This document shows positions 1 through 8,865 of a stretch of DNA of 58,589 bases, one piece after another (position 1 is the first letter of the stretch; each line of letters begins with the position of its first letter). The stretch lies in assembly GCA_034440375.1 (NCBI GenBank), contig JAWXBZ010000011.1:1-58589 (forward strand), given 5' to 3'. A program made the translations under genes and the position numbers. The notes under the pieces were generated by a model, which searched no databases, was not told the origin of the DNA, and saw nothing but the letters and a program-made list of their open reading frames with translations. This DNA comes from Candidatus Eiseniibacteriota bacterium. GTDB lineage: Bacteria > Eisenbacteria > RBG-16-71-46 > JABDJR01 > JAWXBZ01.

Positions 1-98
1 ATGAGTGTTCACCTTCCCCGGAATCGCTGTTCAGCTTCCGCCGGAATGGGTGTTCACCTTGCTCCGGAATCGGTGTTCAGCTTGGTCCGGAATACGCA
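1..98. mobile_element. IS21-family terminal region (element extends beyond the left edge)
   Basis: Four 22-23-bp-period repeats TGTTCA(C/G)CTT-N2/3-CCGGAAT start at 6, 28, 51 and 74 and end in ...GGAATACGCA (minus strand 5'-TGCGTATTCCGG...). A TG/CA terminus with multiple internal repeats is the IS21 end architecture. Confidence 0.75.
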
Positions 99-106
99 CT
101 AACCGT

Positions 107-442
107 ATGTCTCATGAACTTCATGATGCGATCAGCCTCGAAATCGGCCGCCGCGTTGCCAATCGCTTGCAGGCAACTCCGGCGTTGATTGACGTTGCCC
201 GGTCCAACCTTGCCCGATGGTCGAGGCTGAATGCGGATGCGCCATCGCTGCTTCGTTGCTACGACGAGTGGCAGGAGATACTCGCCTGGCCGTTGAATGA
301 CGTGTGCGAGCTTCTGCGCGCCCAGACGGACGAAGCTCAGCGGCTTCGCCAGAATTCCCCGTTCGCAGGTGTTCTTCCTCCGGCCGAAGTCTGGTCAATC
401 AAATCCGAAATTCGCAGGCGGCATGCACAGAACGCAGCTTGA
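107..442 (+). CDS. Hypothetical protein, putative antitoxin partner of a DUF6036-type nucleotidyltransferase
   Basis: ATG at 107 lies just after the IS end. The protein carries a LRQNSPFAGVL motif and overlaps a downstream MHRTQLEHIIR start. The ORF-track extension 5-106 is IS sequence. Confidence 0.6.
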   Translation: MSHELHDAISLEIGRRVANRLQATPALIDVARSNLARWSRLNADAPSLLRCYDEWQEILAWPLNDVCELLRAQTDEAQRLRQNSPFAGVLPPAEVWSIKSEIRRRHAQNAA

Positions 443-455
443 ACACATCATTCGG
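423..455 (+). pseudogene. N-terminal remnant of a DUF6036-like nucleotidyltransferase
   Basis: MHRTQLEHIIR resembles the MxRxQLEHxxRAA start of this family. The frame then loses resemblance and stops at 536. Confidence 0.45.
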
Positions 456-675
456 GGGCGCAGCGTGAGTTCCCCGAGGCTCCCCCGGAATTTCTCATCT
501 CAATCGAGGCGGATCCTTCCTCATTCGGAATCCTGAAGGATCGGGAGACCTGACGGGGTGTCAGGCGATGATCATGCCGAAGTCGTATCATGCGGCTCAC
601 TGATTCATCCGTGGCTTCTGGGCGGCCCTCCGGAGAACCCTCCAGAACGGGCACCCGAATCTGAGGAGGCGATTC

Positions 676-2691
676 ATGTTCCCTGGCCGCCCCGCCGTCC
701 GCTCTGCCACCATCCCCTTTCTGATGGCTGTCTGGGTATCAACCATCCTCCTGCTCACCCCAAGCCTCGCCCGTAGTGGCTCCGGGTGGAATGACATTTC
801 AGACGAAGAACTGGCGATGACCTCCTGGCCCGGGGATCCCGAGGCCACGGCGGTTGTCCTGGAGGACGTGGGGGAGGTCGAGTTCATCGGTGAGTTTGAT
901 CTGGTATTCAAGCGATACCGGCGGATCAAGATTCTCACCAAGGGCGCGTACGAGAAATGGGGGACCGTCAAGATTCCCTACTTCGCGAAGAGTGGCAGCC
1001 AGAAGGTGGACTCGATCGAGGGCACGACGACGAATCGGGAAAGTGATGGATCCCAGACGCAGGCAAGAATTGACAGCAAGTCCATCTTTGACGAAGACGT
1101 GAATCGCTCGGTTCGACAGATCCGTTTCACGATGCCGGACCTTCGGCCGGGCAGCATCATCGAGTATCGCTACACGATGCACTCCCGGGGCGGGTCATTC
1201 CTCCGGTCCTGGGAGTTCGGTGCCGATCAGCCCACGCGATCAAGCGAGTTCGTTGCCACCATACCGGACAATCTCGAATACATCATGGTGAAAACCGGCC
1301 TCACTCACTTCGCTACCGAGGTGAAGAAGAAGGTTGGCTGGCCGAGCCGGCTCAGCGGCTACGAAAGTGCCATCAAACATGGCGTCGGCCAGACCCAGTA
1401 TTCATGGACGATGAAGGACGTGCCGGCCATCCGGGAGGAACCCTTCATCACGACGACCATGGACTACGTGCCCCGGCTTCGATTCCAGCTCTCGCACTGG
1501 TCGTGGCCGGGCGCGGAGGGGGTGGACGTCATCAAGGATTGGGAGACGGTGGCCCGGGACTTCAATGACAATATGGGATCCTGCCCCGCGGCGGAAGGAA
1601 AGGTGAAGGGGATCACCAGTGGCAAGACGGATCCCCGGGAGAAGATGGAAGCCATTTTGAAGTATGTCCGGCGGACCATGTCATGGGATCGGGGCGGTGG
1701 AGGAGGCTCGGATATCTGCATGGCTTTCAAGGCGAGAAAAGGCAGCACCGAGGATATCGCCAAGATCCTCACCTTGATGCTTCGGAAGTCGGATCTGCAG
1801 GCCTTCCCGGTTCTGGTCAGTACCCGGAGCAATGGCAAACCCATCACCATCTACCCACTCACGACTCAGTTTGACCGGATCATGACGCTCGTTGTGATCG
1901 AGGGGCGCGAATACCTGCTCGATGCTTCCGATCCACTACGGCCAATGGACCTCCTCCCCATGGAGTTGTTGAACGAGATGGGATTCGTTGCCGATCCCGA
2001 CGACCCGCGCTGGGTGGAAATTCCGGCCGGGAAGAACCGGTCCGAAACGGTGGTCCGGGCGACGCTTTCCGAGCACGGCGTGATATCGGGAGTTCTGGAA
2101 TCCTCGTCAACTGGTTACGCGGCCCTGGAGGCTCGTCACAAGCTTGGCGAGGAATCGGAACAGGCGTTCGTGAATCGCGTCTGGTCGCCGAAATTCCATA
2201 CGGGCTCCCTGGACTCGACCCGGTTCGCCGGCAAGGATTCCGTGGACTTGCCTTTGGTCACCACGGTTTACTTTTCCGACGTGCAAACGGTCAATGAGGG
2301 ATCACATCGCATTTACTTCGAGCCGGTACTGGCAAAGGTGGTCAGCGAGAACCCCTTCCCGAACCCCCGCCGGATCCTTCCGGTCGATCTGGGCTTCACT
2401 CTCGAGCGTGCCTACACGCTGACTCTGGACCTGCCCGAAGCGTATGCCCTTGAGTCGGTGCCGAAGGACATCAACATCATCCTGCCGCACAATGGCGGAC
2501 ATCTAAAACGAAAGATCGAGGCCGTGCCCGGGCAAATCCGCTTCCACCGGGAGTTGAGACTTGACCAGCCACGCTATGACGGCAGCGACCTCAAGGCCCT
2601 CCGCGATTGCTATGATCGCCTGTTGGCCGTTGATTCGGAACACATCGTTCTCGTCAAGCGTGCGGCAACCGCCGATGGAACCAGGCCGTGA
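676..2691 (+). CDS. Secreted DUF3857 / transglutaminase-like / DUF3858 protein, probably catalytically inactive
   Basis: Signal peptide; RIKIL..G, FTMP.L..GSIIEYRY and F..P.R..PVDLGF motifs. The catalytic Cys position reads KGSTED. The start may be ATG 724. Confidence 0.8.
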   Translation: MFPGRPAVRSATIPFLMAVWVSTILLLTPSLARSGSGWNDISDEELAMTSWPGDPEATAVVLEDVGEVEFIGEFDLVFKRYRRIKILTKGAYEKWGTVKIPYFAKSGSQKVDSIEGTTTNRESDGSQTQARIDSKSIFDEDVNRSVRQIRFTMPDLRPGSIIEYRYTMHSRGGSFLRSWEFGADQPTRSSEFVATIPDNLEYIMVKTGLTHFATEVKKKVGWPSRLSGYESAIKHGVGQTQYSWTMKDVPAIREEPFITTTMDYVPRLRFQLSHWSWPGAEGVDVIKDWETVARDFNDNMGSCPAAEGKVKGITSGKTDPREKMEAILKYVRRTMSWDRGGGGGSDICMAFKARKGSTEDIAKILTLMLRKSDLQAFPVLVSTRSNGKPITIYPLTTQFDRIMTLVVIEGREYLLDASDPLRPMDLLPMELLNEMGFVADPDDPRWVEIPAGKNRSETVVRATLSEHGVISGVLESSSTGYAALEARHKLGEESEQAFVNRVWSPKFHTGSLDSTRFAGKDSVDLPLVTTVYFSDVQTVNEGSHRIYFEPVLAKVVSENPFPNPRRILPVDLGFTLERAYTLTLDLPEAYALESVPKDINIILPHNGGHLKRKIEAVPGQIRFHRELRLDQPRYDGSDLKALRDCYDRLLAVDSEHIVLVKRAATADGTRP

Positions 2692-4628
2692 CGACGAAAC
2701 GGCCGGCCATGGCCTCCATTGTGATGCTGATCCTCGTCGCCTACCTGGGCGTTGCCTCGCCGGACCCGGCGACCCCGGCGGATGTGAACCCGTTCGACAC
2801 CTCCCTCATTCCCGCGACCCTGATAAAGGGTGCCGACCTCGTGGTGCGGGAAGAGGTTCAGGTATTTGAGATCGAAAGCATTCGAGCGGCAACGCGCCGC
2901 GTTCGAGTGGTGACGACGGTGATGAATGCCCGGGGCCGGGATGCCGGCGTCATGGTTCTTCCCTACGATGGCTTTCAAAAGGTGCGGTACCTCACCGGGA
3001 AGCTCCTGAACGACCGGGGGAAAGAGGTCCGTCACCTCGCCGGATCGGACATCCAGGATTACAGTGCCATCCAGGGGTTTTCACTTTACGAGGATGGGCG
3101 CGTGAAGTACGCCGAGCTCTCCCACGACAAATATCCCTACACGGTCATTTATGAGTACGAAATTGTCTACAAGGGGATTCTCGGCTGGCCGTCCTGGTGG
3201 CCTCAGAACGAAAAAGGGCCAGTCCAGAAAAGCCGCTTCGAGATCCGCGCGCCTTCCGACATGCCGGTCCGTCATCACATGATCGGCTTGAGTGTCCTGC
3301 CCAAGGTCACGGAGGAGGGCGGCCGCCGGATTTACCGGTGGAGTCTGTCCAACCAGCCGAAGCTCGAGATCGAGCCGCTGGGCCCCTCATACCGGGAGCA
3401 GGCGCCGCATCTCCTGACCGGACCGGTCCAATTCGAGATTGCCGGAAAGCCGGGGGACATGACCAGCTGGAATAGCTTCGGTGCCTGGTTCCACGATCTG
3501 TGGGACGGCCGGGCCGACCTTTCGGAGCCGGATGCCGCACGGGTCAGGGATCTTTGCGCCGGAGCCGGGACCGATATCGAAAAAGTCCGCCGGCTTTATG
3601 AATATCTTCAATCGAAGACCCGCTATGTGAGTGTTCAGCTTGGCATCGGCGGGTGGCAGCCGTTCGATGCCTCCTACGTGAGCCAGCAGGGTTATGGCGA
3701 CTGCAAGGCGCTCACGAACTACATGCTGGGCATGCTCGATGTGGCCGGAATCAAATCATGGCCGGCCTTCGTCATGGCCGGGCGGCACGAACCGGATCTG
3801 GTGGAGTCCTTCCCGAGCAACCAGTTCAACCATGTGATCCTGTTGGTCCCGACTCAGGAGGACACAATCTGGCTCGAATGCACCAGCCAGGACCAGCTCT
3901 TCGGCGAGCTCGGGGCATTTACCGAAGACCGGAACACCCTGGTCGCAACGTCCTCGGGGGGGTTCCTGGTCCGAACTCCGGTGACATCGGCGGGTCAGAA
4001 TCGACTGATCCGAAAGGCCCAGGTGACGCTGAATCCGGCAGGAAGGGCCACCGCCGACATCACAACGCGCTATACGGGCAATCAGCAGGGCGATGTGCGA
4101 AGTTCCCTGTCCGAGGCAACACCCCGTGAACGGGACGAATGGCTGCATCGCGAGATCGACATCGCGAGCTTCACGGTTCAGAGCGCCGATTTCTCCGATC
4201 TCGACGTCAATGACGGGGATCTGACTCTGAAGGCTTCCATTGAAGTGCCGGCCCTGGGGACGACCACCGGGCCCCGCCTTTTCGTGCGCCCCAACCTTGC
4301 GAACCGCTGGGCGCTCAGGCTCCCGAAGGCCCCCGGGAGAAACCACCCCCTCTGCTTCCCCTTTGCCTGGGTCGATGCCGATACGATTTCGTATCGATTG
4401 CCGCGGGCCTATACCGTGGAGAGCGCACCGCCCGATGTAACGATCGAGACGCCGTTCGCAAGGTATGAGTCGTCTCTGGTCGACAGAGGGTCTTTCGTTG
4501 TGTACCACCGCCGCCTGGAGATAAAACAGAAATCGATCGAGACCAGCGATTACGAGGAGTTTCGCCGGTTCCTCGACGAGGTCGTCCGGGCTGATCAGCT
4601 GCAGATGGTGCTGATCCGAAAGACGTGA
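2688..4628 (+). CDS. Secreted DUF3857 / transglutaminase-like protein
   Basis: GTGA overlap with the upstream gene; RYVSVQLGIGGWQP, YGDCKALTNY (Cys), NQFNHVIL (His), WLECT. Confidence 0.85.
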   Translation: MTTKRPAMASIVMLILVAYLGVASPDPATPADVNPFDTSLIPATLIKGADLVVREEVQVFEIESIRAATRRVRVVTTVMNARGRDAGVMVLPYDGFQKVRYLTGKLLNDRGKEVRHLAGSDIQDYSAIQGFSLYEDGRVKYAELSHDKYPYTVIYEYEIVYKGILGWPSWWPQNEKGPVQKSRFEIRAPSDMPVRHHMIGLSVLPKVTEEGGRRIYRWSLSNQPKLEIEPLGPSYREQAPHLLTGPVQFEIAGKPGDMTSWNSFGAWFHDLWDGRADLSEPDAARVRDLCAGAGTDIEKVRRLYEYLQSKTRYVSVQLGIGGWQPFDASYVSQQGYGDCKALTNYMLGMLDVAGIKSWPAFVMAGRHEPDLVESFPSNQFNHVILLVPTQEDTIWLECTSQDQLFGELGAFTEDRNTLVATSSGGFLVRTPVTSAGQNRLIRKAQVTLNPAGRATADITTRYTGNQQGDVRSSLSEATPRERDEWLHREIDIASFTVQSADFSDLDVNDGDLTLKASIEVPALGTTTGPRLFVRPNLANRWALRLPKAPGRNHPLCFPFAWVDADTISYRLPRAYTVESAPPDVTIETPFARYESSLVDRGSFVVYHRRLEIKQKSIETSDYEEFRRFLDEVVRADQLQMVLIRKT

Positions 4629-4696
4629 GACCGGCGGGGCACAGGAACACGTTGGCTGGCCGCCGTTTGGCGGTTATAGTCCGGGAGTGATGTGTC

Positions 4697-6736
4697 ATGC
4701 CTGAGTCGCCGATCATGGTGCGGGTCGTCCTCTTCACCGGAGGGCGCGGGTCCCGCGTGATGTCGCGCGAGCTGCTCAAGAACCCCCGCATCCAGGTGAC
4801 CCTGGCCATCAACGGATACGATGACGGCCTGTCGACCGGTGAAATCCGTCGATTTCTCGGTGATTCGCTCGGCCCATCGGATTTCCGCAAGAATGCCTCA
4901 GGCGTGGCGGCTGAGCTGCGGACCTGTCCCTTCGCGCTGGTGGAATTACTTGATCTCCGCTTTCCCCGGGAGTATGGAGCGCCGGAAGCCCTGGCCGCCT
5001 TCCGCCAGATCCGCGCCCCCGGAGCGCCAGTGGATGCTTTCCAGCAGCAGATGGAGGAACTGCTTGGCCAGGTGGGGGAGACGCCGCGCCGCGCGCTGGC
5101 GGATCGCCTGGAACTGTTCCAGGCCGAGCTGGCGCGGACTTCGAAGTCCTTCGAGTTTTCCGACTGCAGCATCGGCAACCTGGTATTCGTCGGATCGTTC
5201 CTGGTCAGCGGGCGGCACTTCAATCGAGGCGTCGAAGACTACTGCAACCTTCTGGGCCTGCCGCCCGGCCTCATCATGGACGTTACCGACGGGCAGAATC
5301 TGTATCTCGTTGCCCTGGATGAAAACAACCGCATCCTGCCGACCGAAGCGGAAATCGTCGGCCCGAAGGTCGGTCAGCAGATTCGCGACATCTACCTGCT
5401 CGAGCGCCCCATTCCGGATGACGAACTCAAGCGCCTGGAGCAGGAGACGCCCGTCAACATCGAGGGCTACCTGGATCGGCATTCGGTGGCGCCCCGGGCG
5501 AATGAAGAGCTGCTGCAACGGATCGCCGAGGCCGATCTCATCGTCTATGCACCGGGCACCCAGCACTCGAGCCTTTTTCCGTCCTACCTCACACCGGGCC
5601 TGGGCGAGTCCATCGCGGACAACCTCCGCGCCATCAAGCTGTTCATCACCAATCTGCACGAGGATGCGGAGATTGCCGGCAACAGTGCCGTGGATATTGT
5701 TCAGCGAGCCCTCTACTACCTGCGCGGCAAAGGAAGGCTGCCTTGTCCCGCGCCGGCCCTCATCACCCACTACCTCATCAATGACGCGGATCCTTCGGCC
5801 ACCTTCGCGGCGTATGTCCCCCCGGGGCGGCTGGAAACCATTGATGATCCTCGATTGGTTCGAATCGGGAATTTTGAAGACCGGATCACCGGCCACCACG
5901 ACGTGACCAAGGTTCTGCCACCCTTCGTGGAGGCTCTGCTTCGCAAGGGGGACCCGCTTCAACTCGCCGTCGTCCTCCTCGAGACCCGCTCGCTCGACAA
6001 AGCCAGTCAGACGATGATCGAGATGGTCCGCGCGGGACTCGATGCCTTGCCGGTCCAGGTCACCGTCTTCTACCAGGCTTCCCAGGCCTTCGACTCCGGT
6101 TTCATCGACTCGCTGCCGTTCGAGGTTCGGAAGCTGCCCGATGAGGCGGATCACGAGCGATTGTTCACTGATGTCATCGACGCATCGCGTTACGAGTACG
6201 TGGTTCTTTTTGAGTCCTCCGGGATGTACAAAGGGGAGGACATCGTCAGCATTGCGGGGCATCTCAGCAGTCGGAGGCTCGATGCGGTCTGGGGCAGCCG
6301 GCGACTCTCCGTGAATGACATCAAGCAGGCCTATCGCCTCGTTTATCGACGCAGCATCCTCGGCGGAGCCATCAGCTACATGGGAAGCCACGTGCTGAGC
6401 CTGGCCTACCTTGTTTTTTATGGCCGGTACATCGCGGACACCCTTTCCGGTGTCCGGGCCATCCGGGCTTCCTATCTCCGCTCGCATCCGCTGGACCCGG
6501 CGAGACGCGATTTCAATCAGCAGGTCCTCACGGGGTTGCTCCGCGAGCGGGCCGAAGTCATTGAGACACCGGTTCACTACTTTCCGATTTCTCCGGAAAA
6601 GATTCGTCGCACGACGATCGGTGATGGGTGGCGGTCACTCCTCACGATTGTCCTTGGCCGATTCCGCCGGCCGGCGCACGCGCCCCCGGGCGACGACCAC
6701 GGCTCCGCGCCACCGCTTTCGGGGGCGGCGCCCTGA
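4697..6736 (+). CDS. YvcK/CofD (UPF0052) domain fused to a C-terminal GT2-like domain
   Basis: N-terminal motifs LFTGGRGS, YDDGLSTGEIR, GPSDFRKN, SIGNL, ADLIVYAPGTQHSSL. C-terminal DAVWGSRR, IADTLSG and ETPVHYFP align with the GT2 at 8119. Confidence 0.75.
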   Translation: MPESPIMVRVVLFTGGRGSRVMSRELLKNPRIQVTLAINGYDDGLSTGEIRRFLGDSLGPSDFRKNASGVAAELRTCPFALVELLDLRFPREYGAPEALAAFRQIRAPGAPVDAFQQQMEELLGQVGETPRRALADRLELFQAELARTSKSFEFSDCSIGNLVFVGSFLVSGRHFNRGVEDYCNLLGLPPGLIMDVTDGQNLYLVALDENNRILPTEAEIVGPKVGQQIRDIYLLERPIPDDELKRLEQETPVNIEGYLDRHSVAPRANEELLQRIAEADLIVYAPGTQHSSLFPSYLTPGLGESIADNLRAIKLFITNLHEDAEIAGNSAVDIVQRALYYLRGKGRLPCPAPALITHYLINDADPSATFAAYVPPGRLETIDDPRLVRIGNFEDRITGHHDVTKVLPPFVEALLRKGDPLQLAVVLLETRSLDKASQTMIEMVRAGLDALPVQVTVFYQASQAFDSGFIDSLPFEVRKLPDEADHERLFTDVIDASRYEYVVLFESSGMYKGEDIVSIAGHLSSRRLDAVWGSRRLSVNDIKQAYRLVYRRSILGGAISYMGSHVLSLAYLVFYGRYIADTLSGVRAIRASYLRSHPLDPARRDFNQQVLTGLLRERAEVIETPVHYFPISPEKIRRTTIGDGWRSLLTIVLGRFRRPAHAPPGDDHGSAPPLSGAAP

Positions 6737-6741
6737 CCCGC

Positions 6742-7401
6742 GTGGCACGACTCTATTCGCTCGTCATCTTCGATATGGATGGCGTGCTGGCGGACAGTTC
6801 GATAGGGCATGCGCTGGCTTATGCCGAGCTCTGGTCCCGGCTCGGCATCGCCGCGCCGCCGTACGCCACGCTGGCCGGACGCCGCACGGTCGAGGTGGTG
6901 GCCGAAGTGACGCGCGCCCTGGCCCCTTCAACAGAAAAACTGGATGAGTGGGTTCGGTTCAAGCAGGATCAGGCGCGGCGGCATCTCGCGCAGGTGTCGT
7001 CCCTCTATCCTGACACGCTCCCCGTGCTCGATGCCCTGGACAACGCGGGCCTTTCGTTCGCCGTGGCCACCGGTGCCTCGCGCATGACCGCCGAACTCAT
7101 CCTGGCGCACGCCGGGGGCGTTTCACGATTCCGTTCCGTCGTCACGGGCGATGACGTGACCCTTGGAAAGCCGGCACCGGAAACCTATTTGAAGGTACTG
7201 GCCGCGACCGGACAGCCGGCGGATGCCGCGTTGACGGTGGAGGACTCCGAGGCCGGACTGCGGTCGGGGCTGGATGCCGGCACCTGGGCCTGTTCCGTTC
7301 GAACAGGGATCACGGCTCGGGACGATCGATTCGTGGGCGCCCTGGGTGATCTGAAGGGGCTGCTGCGGCTCCTGGGATTGGCGGCGTCGTGTCCCGGTTG
7401 A
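6742..7401 (+). CDS. HAD-family phosphatase (beta-PGM/CbbY-like)
   Basis: IFDMDGVL motif I, VATG motif II, KPAPE motif III, VEDS..G motif IV. Start is GTG 6742 or CTG 6733. Confidence 0.85.
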   Translation: MARLYSLVIFDMDGVLADSSIGHALAYAELWSRLGIAAPPYATLAGRRTVEVVAEVTRALAPSTEKLDEWVRFKQDQARRHLAQVSSLYPDTLPVLDALDNAGLSFAVATGASRMTAELILAHAGGVSRFRSVVTGDDVTLGKPAPETYLKVLAATGQPADAALTVEDSEAGLRSGLDAGTWACSVRTGITARDDRFVGALGDLKGLLRLLGLAASCPG

Positions 7402-8156
7402 TGATCGTTCCGGCGGCGGGCGCCGGCACCCGTCTCGGCTCGACTCTCCCGAAGCTGCTCGTTCCGGTCGGTGGGCAACCGATGATCGACCATCTTGTAG
7501 CGCGTTACGGTCCCTTCGTGGATCAGTTCATCCTGGTGGTCAGCCCCGCCGCGAAAGCGGCCGTGCGTGCGCACTTCCCCGATGGCCCGCGCATCGTGCT
7601 CGACATTCAACCGACCCCGACCGGAATGCTCGACGCGATCCTTATCCCCACCAGTCATGTCCGGAACATGAACGTGGACGAGATCTGGATCACCTGGTGC
7701 GACCAGGTGGCCATCCGGCCGGAAACCGCCGGCCGGCTGGCGGAAGTCATGGCGCACCCGCCCGCCCCCGACCTGGCACTGCCAACGGTTATCCAATCGG
7801 AGCCATACATCCACTTCGATCGCGGGGAGGGAGGTCGGATCAGTCATGTCCGACAACGCCGTGAGGGCGATGTCATGCCGGCCGACGGGGAAGGGGATTC
7901 CGGGCTTTTCGCGCTTTCCAGGCGGGCCTATCTTGAATGGCTGCCTGAGTTCGAGCAGAGTGCACCCACCGGTGGGCTCACCGGCGAGCGCAATTTTCTC
8001 CCGTTCATTCCGTGGGTGGCTGATCGTGCCGAGGTTCGTACCTTTGCGGTGACCCATACCATGGAAGCCACCGGCATCAATACACCCGCTGAACTTGAGC
8101 GGGTCGAGGCATTTCTCCGTGACCAGGACACTCAGTATCGTCATCCCGGCGTATAA
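7389..8156 (+). CDS. Sugar-phosphate nucleotidyltransferase (GlmU N-terminal-like)
   Basis: PAAGAGTRLG..LPKLL.PVGG.PMI, Q..PTG, WCDQ and GINT..EL motifs; no left-handed beta-helix domain. Confidence 0.85.
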   Translation: MSRLMIVPAAGAGTRLGSTLPKLLVPVGGQPMIDHLVARYGPFVDQFILVVSPAAKAAVRAHFPDGPRIVLDIQPTPTGMLDAILIPTSHVRNMNVDEIWITWCDQVAIRPETAGRLAEVMAHPPAPDLALPTVIQSEPYIHFDRGEGGRISHVRQRREGDVMPADGEGDSGLFALSRRAYLEWLPEFEQSAPTGGLTGERNFLPFIPWVADRAEVRTFAVTHTMEATGINTPAELERVEAFLRDQDTQYRHPGV

Positions 8157-8847
8157 CGAGGAGCGATTCATCGGGCCGCTGCTCGAGCGGATTCTGGCAC
8201 TCGATCTTTCGCCCCTCGGTGTGGACAAACAGGTGATCGTGGTCAACGACTGTTCGAAGGACAGGACAGCGGAGATCGCGGCGGGGTTTCCGGGGGTCAG
8301 TGTCACGACGCTGGCGCAAAACAGCGGAAAGGGTGAGGCGGTCAAGACCGGGATCGCGATCGCAACCGGCGATCTGCTCATCATCCAGGATGCCGACCTG
8401 GAGTACGACCCGGAGGATTACATCCCGATGCTCCGTGTGCTGCTGGCGGGGGAGGCGGATGTCGTTTACGGCAGCCGGTACACCCGGCACCCCGGGCGGG
8501 GCCGGCTATACAACCTCCTGACCGGCAAACATGCCAACCAGGGCTGGCTGGCCTACCTGGGTGGCCAGAGCCTCAGCTTTGTCTGCCTGCTGTCCACGGG
8601 CCATTACCTGGCTGACACCGTGACGGCACTCAAGCTGTTCCCCTCCGAGGTCATCAAGTCGCTGGGATTGGAGACGACCGGATTCGAACTGGATCATGAG
8701 ATCACCGCCAGGCTCTTCGCGCGCGGTTACCGGATCCGCGAGGTCCCGATCAAGTATTTTCCCCGTACCAAGGCCGAGGGGAAGAAGATTGGCCTGCGGG
8801 ACTGGTTCATCGGAACCCGGACATTTTTCCGCTATCGCAGCGGCTGA
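8119..8847 (+). CDS. Glycosyltransferase family 2, polyprenol-phosphate glycosyltransferase (DPM1-like)
   Basis: LSIVIPAYNEE, VNDCSKDRT, NSGKG.AV, QDADLEYDP, VYGSR and EVPI.Y.PR motifs. Confidence 0.9.
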   Translation: MTRTLSIVIPAYNEERFIGPLLERILALDLSPLGVDKQVIVVNDCSKDRTAEIAAGFPGVSVTTLAQNSGKGEAVKTGIAIATGDLLIIQDADLEYDPEDYIPMLRVLLAGEADVVYGSRYTRHPGRGRLYNLLTGKHANQGWLAYLGGQSLSFVCLLSTGHYLADTVTALKLFPSEVIKSLGLETTGFELDHEITARLFARGYRIREVPIKYFPRTKAEGKKIGLRDWFIGTRTFFRYRSG

Positions 8848-8865
8848 TTTCACCCGGAATCACCC

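Noticed and set aside
1-98. CRISPR array or iterons
   Set aside because: The units are separated by only ~3 nt, with no spacers and no cas or rep genes; the TG/CA terminus fits an IS21 end better.
5-106. N-terminal extension of the first ORF
   Set aside because: It translates the IS terminal repeats; ATG 107 is the plausible start.
4946-6577. Long antisense and alternative-frame ORFs (also 14290-16221, 25461-27371, 28562-29860, 40921-42657, 45382-46920, 54172-55287)
   Set aside because: They overlap well-supported genes, lack recognisable motifs and are expected shadow ORFs in high-GC DNA.
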